Source: Flavobacteriales bacterium
Lineage (GTDB): Bacteria; Bacteroidota; Bacteroidia; Flavobacteriales_G; JALEGO01
Length of the DNA: 64,000 nt
Direction of reading: 5' to 3'
Assembly (NCBI GenBank): GCA_020631045.1
Contig: JAHDHZ010000002.1
Location: 35,308 to 99,307 of the forward strand
A program made the translations under genes and the position numbers. This document shows positions 54,773 to 63,284 of the stretch, piece after piece; positions within the stretch are counted from its first letter, which is position 1, and each line of letters starts with the position of its first letter. A model generated the notes under the pieces. It was not told the DNA's origin, ran no database searches, and was given only the letters and a program-made list of their open reading frames with translations.

Positions 54773-57700
54773 AATACAATAATATATAAAGAATGCATAT
54801 CATCACCCAAAGCACAATCAAATTATACCAAAAAGTATCTATCTGCAAGCCAAAGAAACTTTTATAAGAAGTAAATAAAGGATAGCGTACATTCAAATTT
54901 GAAGATGCATATTCTGAATAAATTGGATCTGTTATCTTTTGAACTTTTCTTTTCTGATCTAGATAAGGAAATCGAGCATCAACTTTTTTGACAATATCGT
55001 GTACACTCTCATTGTAAAACTGATCTCTAAAATTTCTAAACTCTTGCTTCTTTTGAGCATCAGAAGTGCTTTGGACAATAAAACCTTCTCTTTGCTTGCT
55101 GAACAATTTATATTGTTTTTTATAATGAGCATCAATCACTGAGAGTTGCACTTTTAATTGTGATATTTTTTTGCTCTGCTGATCTTCAAAAATACTTGAA
55201 ATAACTACCGCAGTGTCAATTAAAGCTTCATTTTCAATAAAGTGTTGACTCTTAAGAATGTTATTTTGTACAATTTCTAAAATTGAATCATTTTTACTTT
55301 GAGCATATTTTTGAGCAAATGATAGTTTTTTATTCAACTCAGGAATTAAATAATTTGATTTGTAATCAGCTTGTGCGATTTTTTGATCAACCTTATAAAA
55401 TACCTCTCCCCAAGGGTTATTCTTAAATTGATTAACCATCAAAGCTTCATAAGCCCATCTTGAAGGCATAAATTGAGCTGCTAAAGGCACATCATATCCT
55501 CCACCTATAAATTCATTTAACTTTTCATAAGAAAACATCGCTCCGCCCAAAATCATCTGTGGAATAATCAATATTGGAATCAAAATATAAATGGTTACAG
55601 CAGAATTGAAGCTTGAAGAAATATTCAAACCAATCAAATTAGAGACACAAAAAATGCTAAAAAAGATCAACCAATAACTCACATACATTGATTTAATCGA
55701 AAGAATTGAATTGCCTATCAGCACAAATAAAAGAGCCTGAACAGCAGATAAGGTAAACAATATAGCCAGCTTTGAGAACAAGTAACTGTGTCGAGATAAG
55801 TTTAAAAAGCGCTCTCGTTTTAAGATTTTTCGATCCCTAAAGATTTCTTCTGCACTGACAGTTAATCCAATGAAAAGAGACACAACAATGCCCACAAAAA
55901 TATACGAGGGAATGTTGTCATTTTCTCTAAAAATATAACCACTTGACTGGTAAGGATCTCTTATATAACGAATGATAAATGAGAGAAAAAATGCCAACAA
56001 AGGTGCTTCTAAAAGATTGATGAAAACATATTGTAAATTACTCACCTTAGATAAGAAATCTCTCTTTGTGAAAATTTCAAATTGTTTGATTTTTTTTGGT
56101 AAATGCAACAACTTAGGAAAACGATCTGAAAAACTTTTAACAGGCCTAAGCATCATGTGTTGCTGAAAATAATCACTCCACTGTTTGGGTGATACTTTTC
56201 TTTTTTCAGTTAAGTTGCCGTATTCATCAACCACTTTTGATTCAATGATGTTAAAAATCACCTCAGGGTTTACATTTCCGCAAGTAGGACATTCAGAAAC
56301 ATCGCTATCTACCTGATGATCTAATTTTTTAAAGTAACTCACCGCATCTACAGGATCTCCATAATAGATTTGATATCCACCCACATCAAGAATACAGATC
56401 TTATCAAACATTTTATAGATGTCTGAAGATGGTTGATGAATCACAACAAAAATCAATTTACCCTTCAATGCCAATTCACGCAGCAAATCAATCACATTTT
56501 CAGAATCTCTTGAAGACAACCCAGAAGTCGGTTCATCTAAAAACATAATGGCCGGCTCACGAACCAACTCTAAAGCGATGTTCAATCTTTTACGCTGCCC
56601 CCCGCTAATGGTCTTATTTAAAGGAGAGCCCACTTTCAAGTCTTTTATTTCAAGTAAGCCAAGTGATGAGAGCACTTTAAGAACTGTTTGCTCAATTTCT
56701 TGCTCAGAAAAATGACTAAAGCATAGCTTTGTTGAATAATATAAGTTCTGATAAACTGATAAATCTTCAATCAGTAAATCATCTTGCGGAACATATCCAA
56801 TTACTCCTTCTAAGGCTTCTTTCTTTTTCTGGTGGATGTCAATGCCATTGATTTTAATGGTCCCATCGTTTAACTTATAAGAACCCATCAAAGCATTGAG
56901 AAGTGTAGTCTTGCCCGCCCCACTTGCACCCATAATGCCTACCAAGTTTCCTTCATTCTCATGAATCGAAACTCCTCTTAATCCTACATCACCAGTTTTA
57001 AACTTGTAGTACAACCCTTTGGCTTGAAACGAAATATGAAATGGATTTTTTTTCTCTAAAATAGAAGAAACTATATCACTATAGTAAAGCGTATCACCTT
57101 TGGCAAATCTTAAATTACTTCCTGAAGAAAAGACATAAATTGAATTTGGCTTTAAAGGCAAACCGTTTAAAAATACATCGTTGGCCTGGCCCATAAAGTT
57201 TAAAAAGAAAAGGTCTTCTTGAGCCATCAATACAGTTAACTCACCTGAAAAAGCAGTGGTAAAGTTAATTTGGGATCCTTTGTATTTATCAAGTGCCTGA
57301 GACTCTTGATTGGCATAAAAAATCAAGCCTTCATAAGTTGTGTTTTCTTCTATTTTTTGAAGTGCAAACGCTTTTATTTTAAGGTTAAGATGCTTTTTGA
57401 TTTTAAAAGTATCTGCTACTGTAGTAACCAACTCTAATTTTTCTTCTGTAATGGCATCTGTTGACTTTAAGAGCTCATAGAGGCGCACCAAAACAATTAC
57501 TTTTTGTTTGTAAACTAGTGTTGAGTTAATTTTTTTACAAACGCGCAAAGTTTTGACAGAATCAAGCATTGAAATACGCTTCTTCTTTGCAGGCTTATCA
57601 CTTTTTTTAGGCTTTATAAATGCATCATATTGCTCGAGATAAACCCCTACTAAGTTTTGATTGAGTTGCTTTTTCAGAAATTCTTCAACAAAATTTCGTT

Positions 57701-57779
57701 CTAAAAGACTTGCCCCGTCACCTTGCTTGGCAATCAAGGCAAAAAGTTCCATCAACGCTTTTAGAATTTCTTCACTCAT
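54720..57779 (-). CDS. Fused ABCG-type half transporter (NBD then ABC-2 TMD) with a ~270-aa N-terminal regulatory region and a ~190-aa insert before the last TM helix
   Basis: Walker A GASGAGKTT, signature SGGQRKRL, Walker B MFLDEPTSGLS, and the ABCG hallmark VIHQPSS. Multiple TM helices follow from ~residue 600, plus a final TM (FWYNLIVLWVMICILYILLY). The N-terminal TerB-like helical repeats and FHA-like segment are inferred from sequence patterns. Confidence 0.85.
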   Translation of the reverse strand: MSEEILKALMELFALIAKQGDGASLLERNFVEEFLKKQLNQNLVGVYLEQYDAFIKPKKSDKPAKKKRISMLDSVKTLRVCKKINSTLVYKQKVIVLVRLYELLKSTDAITEEKLELVTTVADTFKIKKHLNLKIKAFALQKIEENTTYEGLIFYANQESQALDKYKGSQINFTTAFSGELTVLMAQEDLFFLNFMGQANDVFLNGLPLKPNSIYVFSSGSNLRFAKGDTLYYSDIVSSILEKKNPFHISFQAKGLYYKFKTGDVGLRGVSIHENEGNLVGIMGASGAGKTTLLNALMGSYKLNDGTIKINGIDIHQKKKEALEGVIGYVPQDDLLIEDLSVYQNLYYSTKLCFSHFSEQEIEQTVLKVLSSLGLLEIKDLKVGSPLNKTISGGQRKRLNIALELVREPAIMFLDEPTSGLSSRDSENVIDLLRELALKGKLIFVVIHQPSSDIYKMFDKICILDVGGYQIYYGDPVDAVSYFKKLDHQVDSDVSECPTCGNVNPEVIFNIIESKVVDEYGNLTEKRKVSPKQWSDYFQQHMMLRPVKSFSDRFPKLLHLPKKIKQFEIFTKRDFLSKVSNLQYVFINLLEAPLLAFFLSFIIRYIRDPYQSSGYIFRENDNIPSYIFVGIVVSLFIGLTVSAEEIFRDRKILKRERFLNLSRHSYLFSKLAILFTLSAVQALLFVLIGNSILSIKSMYVSYWLIFFSIFCVSNLIGLNISSSFNSAVTIYILIPILIIPQMILGGAMFSYEKLNEFIGGGYDVPLAAQFMPSRWAYEALMVNQFKNNPWGEVFYKVDQKIAQADYKSNYLIPELNKKLSFAQKYAQSKNDSILEIVQNNILKSQHFIENEALIDTAVVISSIFEDQQSKKISQLKVQLSVIDAHYKKQYKLFSKQREGFIVQSTSDAQKKQEFRNFRDQFYNESVHDIVKKVDARFPYLDQKRKVQKITDPIYSEYASSNLNVRYPLFTSYKSFFGLQIDTFWYNLIVLWVMICILYILLYYEILYKALNLRFFTTRH

Positions 57780-57832
57780 AAAATTTTATTAGCTTGCAAA
57801 AAGTTTAGCCAATCAAACAAATGTAAAATTTT

Positions 57833-59011
57833 ATGCCAACCCATCGACACGTTTTTTTAAATCATTTAGCACAGACTTCTACAAGCCCTCCAATGTATGA
57901 ATTCAAAAAGGCAAAAGGTATTTACTTGTACGATAAAAATGAAAAGCCATACATTGACATGATCTCCGGGATTTCTGTGAGTAGTTTAGGCCATTCTAAT
58001 AAAAAAGTGATCAAAGCTGTTCAGAAACAAGCCAGCGAATCTATGCATCAAATGGTCTTTGGAGAATACATCATCAGCGCTCAAACCAAACTTGCAAAAG
58101 AATTAACCAAGCACCTACCTGGTGCATTGCAATCTATTTATCTGTTAAATTCTGGCTCAGAGGCCAATGAAGGGGCTTTAAAACTTGCTAAGCGATATAC
58201 AAGAAGAAGTAAGATTGTGGCTTTTAAAAATGCTTACCATGGCAGTTCTCATGGGGCATTGAGTTTGATGAGCGACCAATACTATTCAGGAAAATACCAG
58301 CCCTTGTTGCCCAATGTTTCATTTGCTGAGTTCAATAAGATTGGCTCATTAGATGTCATTGATGAAAAAACAGCTTGCGTAATCATTGAACCTGTTCAGG
58401 CAGAAGCTGGCATTTTAAAGGCCAATAAAAATTTCATGAAGGCTTTGAGAAAAAAGTGCACAGAAAAAGGTGCACTACTTATTTTTGATGAAATACAAAC
58501 TGGGATGGGTCGAACTGGTTCACTCTTTGCATTTGAGCAATATGGCATCGTGCCTGATATCTTGACTCTAGGAAAAGCCTTTGGTGCTGGCATGCCTCTC
58601 TCAGCATTTATTAGCAGTAAAAAAATCATGCAATCTTTGGGCTCAAAACCTATTCTTGGGCACATTACTACCTTTGGTGGTCACCCTGTCTGTTGTGCAG
58701 CGAGTCTTGCGGGATTGAAATATCTCATCAAGAAAAATTATACCGATCAGGTAAAGCTAAAATCAAACATGATTGTAAAGCTTTTGAAAAACAATAAAAA
58801 AATAAAAGCAATTCGAGCCTCAGGATTACTAATTGGTCTTGAACTAAAAAATAATGAAGTATTGATGCAGGCTATTGATCGGTGTTTTGAAAAAGGATTG
58901 ATTACAGATTGGTTCTTATACAACAATAAAACAATGCGTTTGGCCCCTCCTCTTACAATTTCTGCAAAACAAATTCAAAAAGCCTGCAAGATTATCAACG
59001 AAAGTTTATAA
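57833..59011 (+). CDS. Class III (acetylornithine/ornithine-type) PLP aminotransferase
   Basis: FDEIQTGMGRTG, LGKAFGAGMP (PLP Lys) and SGSEANEGALKLA. Confidence 0.85.
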   Translation: MPTHRHVFLNHLAQTSTSPPMYEFKKAKGIYLYDKNEKPYIDMISGISVSSLGHSNKKVIKAVQKQASESMHQMVFGEYIISAQTKLAKELTKHLPGALQSIYLLNSGSEANEGALKLAKRYTRRSKIVAFKNAYHGSSHGALSLMSDQYYSGKYQPLLPNVSFAEFNKIGSLDVIDEKTACVIIEPVQAEAGILKANKNFMKALRKKCTEKGALLIFDEIQTGMGRTGSLFAFEQYGIVPDILTLGKAFGAGMPLSAFISSKKIMQSLGSKPILGHITTFGGHPVCCAASLAGLKYLIKKNYTDQVKLKSNMIVKLLKNNKKIKAIRASGLLIGLELKNNEVLMQAIDRCFEKGLITDWFLYNNKTMRLAPPLTISAKQIQKACKIINESL

Positions 59012-59019
59012 TTTTGTGT

Positions 59020-59118
59020 TGGGTAAGTCCTGTACGACCAGCTCCTACTGAACTCCCCCAGGACGGGAACGTAGCAAGGGTAAGTGGTTGTAGCGGTGCG
59101 ATGCAGGTAGCTTGCCCA
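59020..59118 (+). ncRNA. ffs: Signal recognition particle RNA (small bacterial 4.5S type)
   Basis: The 5' TGGGTAAG... pairs with the 3' ...CTTGCCCA. The central CCCCCAGGACGGGAACGTAGCAAGGGTAAG carries the conserved domain IV pattern (AGG..GGAA..AGCA.GG). A T5 run follows. It is GC-rich relative to its surroundings. Confidence 0.8.
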
Positions 59119-59147
59119 TTTTTATTGAAATCATATTTTTAACTACC

Positions 59148-60032
59148 ATGAAAAAAATTGCCTTTTTATTTTTAACTGTCATTTTAATCAATGCATGCAA
59201 TACAGACACTGTAGATGCAGAAAAACAAAAGCTCTTAGATGATCTAAAAACTTTGAGAACAGAATCTGCTGAGAAAGACTCATCTTTTGCTAAAGTTTTG
59301 GGCTATTTTTCTGATATCCAAAACAATTTAAATGAAATTAAAAAAAGAGAAGGCATTGTAAATGAGGTAAGTCTTTCTGGTGATGGACTTTCTGATCAAA
59401 CAAAAGAAAATGTCATCAGTGACATTCAAGCAATCAATGAATTGTTGGCTGAAAACAAAAATAAAATTGCAGAGTTGAGATCAATTTTAGGTTCAAAAAA
59501 TAACCTATTAACCTCAAAAGACAACCAAATTTCTGAATTACAAAGCTCACTTGAACAAACTTTGGAAACAATGAATCTTACTGTTCTTCAAAAAGATTCT
59601 GAAATTACTTATTTAAAAGAAGGGCTTACCAAGCTCAGAATTTCATACGATTTACTATCTATGGAAAGTGCAGAGAAATCTGAAGTTATTGCTGGTAAGA
59701 CAGATGCTCTAAATACAGCCTACTATTGTTATGGTACTTACAAAGAGCTTAAAGAAAAAGGAGTGCTCACCAAAGAAGGAGGCTTTATTGGTATTGGCAG
59801 ATCAACCAAAATGACTAAGAACGCTAACTTAGATTATTTCACCAAAATTGACATTACAAAAACTGATCAGATTGAATTAAACACCAAGCAAATTGAACTG
59901 ATAAGCAATCATCCTAAGAGCTCTTATGAAATTCAAAGATCTGCTGATGGCAAAAAGGTAGAAAGACTAGAAATTAAAGATGCTCAAGAATTCTGGAGCA
60001 TTTCTAAGTACTTGATTATTAAGGTAGACTAA
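59148..60032 (+). CDS. Coiled-coil lipoprotein, hypothetical
   Basis: The track start (TTG 59112) would overlap the SRP RNA. The in-frame ATG at 59148 gives MKKIAFLFLTVILINAC (lipobox). The middle is a long heptad-like region. Confidence 0.6.
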   Translation: MKKIAFLFLTVILINACNTDTVDAEKQKLLDDLKTLRTESAEKDSSFAKVLGYFSDIQNNLNEIKKREGIVNEVSLSGDGLSDQTKENVISDIQAINELLAENKNKIAELRSILGSKNNLLTSKDNQISELQSSLEQTLETMNLTVLQKDSEITYLKEGLTKLRISYDLLSMESAEKSEVIAGKTDALNTAYYCYGTYKELKEKGVLTKEGGFIGIGRSTKMTKNANLDYFTKIDITKTDQIELNTKQIELISNHPKSSYEIQRSADGKKVERLEIKDAQEFWSISKYLIIKVD

Positions 60033-60035
60033 TAA

Positions 60036-60422
60036 TTATCTATTGATAATGTTAAAAGGCAATTTTACAATTGCCATGTAATCTTCTCCTGCTTCAATCA
60101 TGTCGTCATCATTTTGATCTGCGACCCAGTCAATCAAAACTTTTGAGATAAATCCCTCATTCTGAAAACGGGCGAGCTTTAAAAAGATGTCTAGTAAGAA
60201 CTTTGAAGAATTCGAATTGAAGTACTCTAAATCGACTTTTAAATTAAACTCTTGGTCTTTATATCCTTCTTTGAGCGTATCTAAAAAAGCGATGACAGGC
60301 TTATAAAAACTCATTGAATCTTCAGGAACAGACTTGCCTGAAATGAAAGCAGTTGACTTATTTAAATCAATCAATACCTCAGGAGTTGAATAGGTTGGTA
60401 ATATGTGTAGTACTTTTTCCAC
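60036..60422 (-). CDS. DUF1987 (SiaC-like) family protein
   Basis: 128 aa. The pattern TPEV..D......ISG.S.PED...FY.PV..(W/F)L and the later L.YFN(S/T)SS.K.L.DI are recalled from DUF1987. GTG start. Confidence 0.5.
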   Translation of the reverse strand: MEKVLHILPTYSTPEVLIDLNKSTAFISGKSVPEDSMSFYKPVIAFLDTLKEGYKDQEFNLKVDLEYFNSNSSKFLLDIFLKLARFQNEGFISKVLIDWVADQNDDDMIEAGEDYMAIVKLPFNIINR

Positions 60423-60508
60423 AAAAAAGGAGAATATTATTATTATTTTTGAGCCTGCTTCAATAATAAGAAATTAATTATTCATAAAACCTACAAAAAA
60501 CCTAAAAA

Positions 60509-61099
60509 TTGAAAACTCCAAACATAATTCTTCACGCACTCTCACTCATTTGTATTGCTTATTTATTTTTTTCTAAGCCAAAACAAGCTCAAGAAAATAA
60601 AATTGACTCAGTACATCCAACAAATCAAGAAAGCTTAAAAATTGCCTACATCAACGTTGATTCCATTGACAAACACTTTATTATGATTCAAGATTTAAGT
60701 AAATCCATCGAAAAAAAACAAAAATCATTTGAGTATCAGTTTCAAAATAAAGTGAAAAAATTTCAAGAAGATCTGACGAAATTTCAAGAACAAGCAAAAT
60801 TTCTCACTCAAGAGCAAGCACTTGAACAACAAGCTGAATTGGCTCAAAGAGAGCAAACGATCTTACAGTCTGAACAAGTATATGCAGAGAAATTGTTAAA
60901 AATGAAAGAAGAAAACCAATCTAAACTTTACCAGGCAGTTCAAGATGTGATCAAACAAATCAATGACTCCACTGAGTTTGATCTAGTCTTGAGAGTAGAC
61001 CAAAGTATGAGTAGTGTATTTCATGCCTCTGATTCACTTGACATTACCACACAGGTACTCTCCAGGCTCAATCAATCATATTTAGGATCAAAAAAATAA
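60509..61099 (+). CDS. OmpH/Skp-like periplasmic chaperone
   Basis: N-terminal TM/signal, IAYINVDSI, then a long Gln/Glu/Lys-rich helical arm. TTG start. Confidence 0.55.
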   Translation: MKTPNIILHALSLICIAYLFFSKPKQAQENKIDSVHPTNQESLKIAYINVDSIDKHFIMIQDLSKSIEKKQKSFEYQFQNKVKKFQEDLTKFQEQAKFLTQEQALEQQAELAQREQTILQSEQVYAEKLLKMKEENQSKLYQAVQDVIKQINDSTEFDLVLRVDQSMSSVFHASDSLDITTQVLSRLNQSYLGSKK

Positions 61100-61124
61100 A
61101 ATTCTTAGCTAAAAATTCATTTTT

Positions 61125-61685
61125 ATGTTTATTTCAAAAAAGAAGAAACAAGAGAACATCATTGAATACATCTTGTATATGTGGCAAATCGAAGATTTAA
61201 TTCGATCTTGCAATTTTGATATTGGCTTAATTGAAAAAACAGTGATTGAAAAAAGCCCCTATTCAGATCAAGAAAAACATCAACTAAAAGAATGGTATCT
61301 TGACTTAATGCATGGCCTAGAAGCAGAAAACAAACAAGATAAAGGACATTTGAACCAAATTAATTCTATTGTTGATGAAATTGAGAAAGTACATCATTTC
61401 TTGATCAACATCAAACAACACAAAAGCTATCATAAACTTTACATCAAGACTGCTCCCCTAATCAATGAATTGAGAAAAAAAGGTGAATATGCTCAAAGCT
61501 CAGAATTGAATATCTGTTTAGAATTTATTTACGGTTACCTTTTATTAAGACTCCAAAATAAATCAATCAGTAAAAGTACAAGTGATGCCTTAAAACTCAT
61601 CTCTATTTTTTGTTATGATTTGGCAGAAAAATATAAAGACTACAAGCAAGGATATTTAAGTATTTCTGAAGCACAAAAAAATTAA
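61125..61685 (+). CDS. DUF4924 family protein
   Basis: The N-terminal NIIEYILYMWQIEDLIR pattern is recalled from this Bacteroidota-specific family. Function unknown. Confidence 0.5.
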   Translation: MFISKKKKQENIIEYILYMWQIEDLIRSCNFDIGLIEKTVIEKSPYSDQEKHQLKEWYLDLMHGLEAENKQDKGHLNQINSIVDEIEKVHHFLINIKQHKSYHKLYIKTAPLINELRKKGEYAQSSELNICLEFIYGYLLLRLQNKSISKSTSDALKLISIFCYDLAEKYKDYKQGYLSISEAQKN

Positions 61686-61690
61686 ATCAA

Positions 61691-63280
61691 ATGATTAGAC
61701 CTCTCTTATTTATCTTGCTATTGACGAGCTTCTTCTTTTCAAGTGCTCAAAGTACCATACAGTCTTATGAAGATTTTTGGGACGAGCAACAACAAAAACC
61801 AAAAAGTAAAGGCCTCTATAAGTTCGGATTCGAACACGGCCAGTGGCTCTATTGGTATAAAAATGGTCAACAAGAAGAAATCACCCACTATGATTTAGGT
61901 GAGTTTCATGGTGCACACACTCAATTTTATGAAAATGGACAATTGAAATTGCAAGGTTTTTTTCATTTCAACAAGCCAGATAGTGTATTGAAAGAATGGT
62001 ACGAAAATGGTGCTTTAAAACGAGAGGGGGTCTATGAGAAAGCTCAAAAAATTGGACTTTGGAAAACCTACTTTAAAAATGGATCTATCTCTCAAGTATT
62101 AGATTACAGCGATTCGACTCAAGTGCAAAGAATAAGTTGTTTTGATCTAGAACAAAATCAAACCCTCAGTCAAGGTAACGGAGTATGTTATAAGTATGAA
62201 AATCAGAAATTAGCGCAAAAAATAAGCTTTAAAAATCATAAAAAAAATGGCCCTTATACTGAATATTATGCGAATGAAAAAGTACTGTCTACGGGTGATT
62301 ACATCAATGATTACAAGCATGGAGTTTGGAAATTTTTCTATTCAAACAACCAACTTAAAAGGCTTAGAACTTATAAAAATGGCGTAAAAGACGGAAGAGT
62401 TAAAGAATACAGCAAAACAGGTCAAATACTTGTTGAAGGAGCATATAAAAATGGTAAAAAGCAAGATTTATGGACCTACATCAGACCTAATGGCGACACA
62501 GATATGGTTGGATTTTTCACCAATGACTTACAAGAGGGCAAATGGAAATATTTCTACTCAAATGGAAGTGTTGAATCAATCGGCTTTTTTAAACTCAATC
62601 ACAGAGATTCTGTCTGGAAGTATTGGTACCCTACAGGCGAACTATGGAAAGAAGGAAGCTTCTCAAATGATGTGAAGCATGGTCAGTGGACTACATTTTT
62701 TGAAAATGGCAATAAAGTACAGCAAGGATCCTATAAAAACGGGAAAGAGCATGGATTATGGGAAAGTTGGTATGCATCAGGTCAGCCAAAAGATCAAGGT
62801 AACTTTGACCAAGGTAAAATGATTGATCAATGGATCGGATACTTTGAAAACGGCAAGCTAAACTATCAAGGCACTTACAATAAAAATCAAAAAAAAGAAG
62901 GTAAGTGGGAGTACTTTTTTGAAAACGGATCAAAAAGAAATACCATTGAGTATAAAAATGATCTAAAACAGGGTCTATATGTAAGTTATAGCAATACAGG
63001 TAGAAAAATTGAACAAGGACATTATCAAAATAACCTTAAAGAGCTTACATGGAACTACTACTACCCTTCAGGACAACTGATGAGAGAAGAACATTATAAG
63101 AACAATAAATTACACGGGACTTCTAAAAATTTCAAGCAAGGGGCTCAACATCCAGAAAGAGTTCTGAATTATAAAGATGGGGTTTTAGATGGCAAAAGTT
63201 CTTTTTATGACAAACAGGGTGAAAAAATCAAAGAAGTTGAATACAAACTGGGCAAATCTGTAAACCAAAAAACATTTTAA
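61691..63280 (+). CDS. MORN-variant (YwqK-type) repeat protein, secreted
   Basis: Signal peptide and ~20 tandem repeats of the G.W..(Y/W)(Y/F).NG......Y..G..(H/D)G type. Paralogue of 21341-22477. Confidence 0.75.
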   Translation: MIRPLLFILLLTSFFFSSAQSTIQSYEDFWDEQQQKPKSKGLYKFGFEHGQWLYWYKNGQQEEITHYDLGEFHGAHTQFYENGQLKLQGFFHFNKPDSVLKEWYENGALKREGVYEKAQKIGLWKTYFKNGSISQVLDYSDSTQVQRISCFDLEQNQTLSQGNGVCYKYENQKLAQKISFKNHKKNGPYTEYYANEKVLSTGDYINDYKHGVWKFFYSNNQLKRLRTYKNGVKDGRVKEYSKTGQILVEGAYKNGKKQDLWTYIRPNGDTDMVGFFTNDLQEGKWKYFYSNGSVESIGFFKLNHRDSVWKYWYPTGELWKEGSFSNDVKHGQWTTFFENGNKVQQGSYKNGKEHGLWESWYASGQPKDQGNFDQGKMIDQWIGYFENGKLNYQGTYNKNQKKEGKWEYFFENGSKRNTIEYKNDLKQGLYVSYSNTGRKIEQGHYQNNLKELTWNYYYPSGQLMREEHYKNNKLHGTSKNFKQGAQHPERVLNYKDGVLDGKSSFYDKQGEKIKEVEYKLGKSVNQKTF

Positions 63281-63284
63281 GCCT

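Noticed and set aside
59112-59147. TTG start at 59112 for the coiled-coil lipoprotein
   Set aside because: It would begin translation inside the SRP RNA 3' stem. The ATG at 59148 gives a canonical lipoprotein signal peptide.
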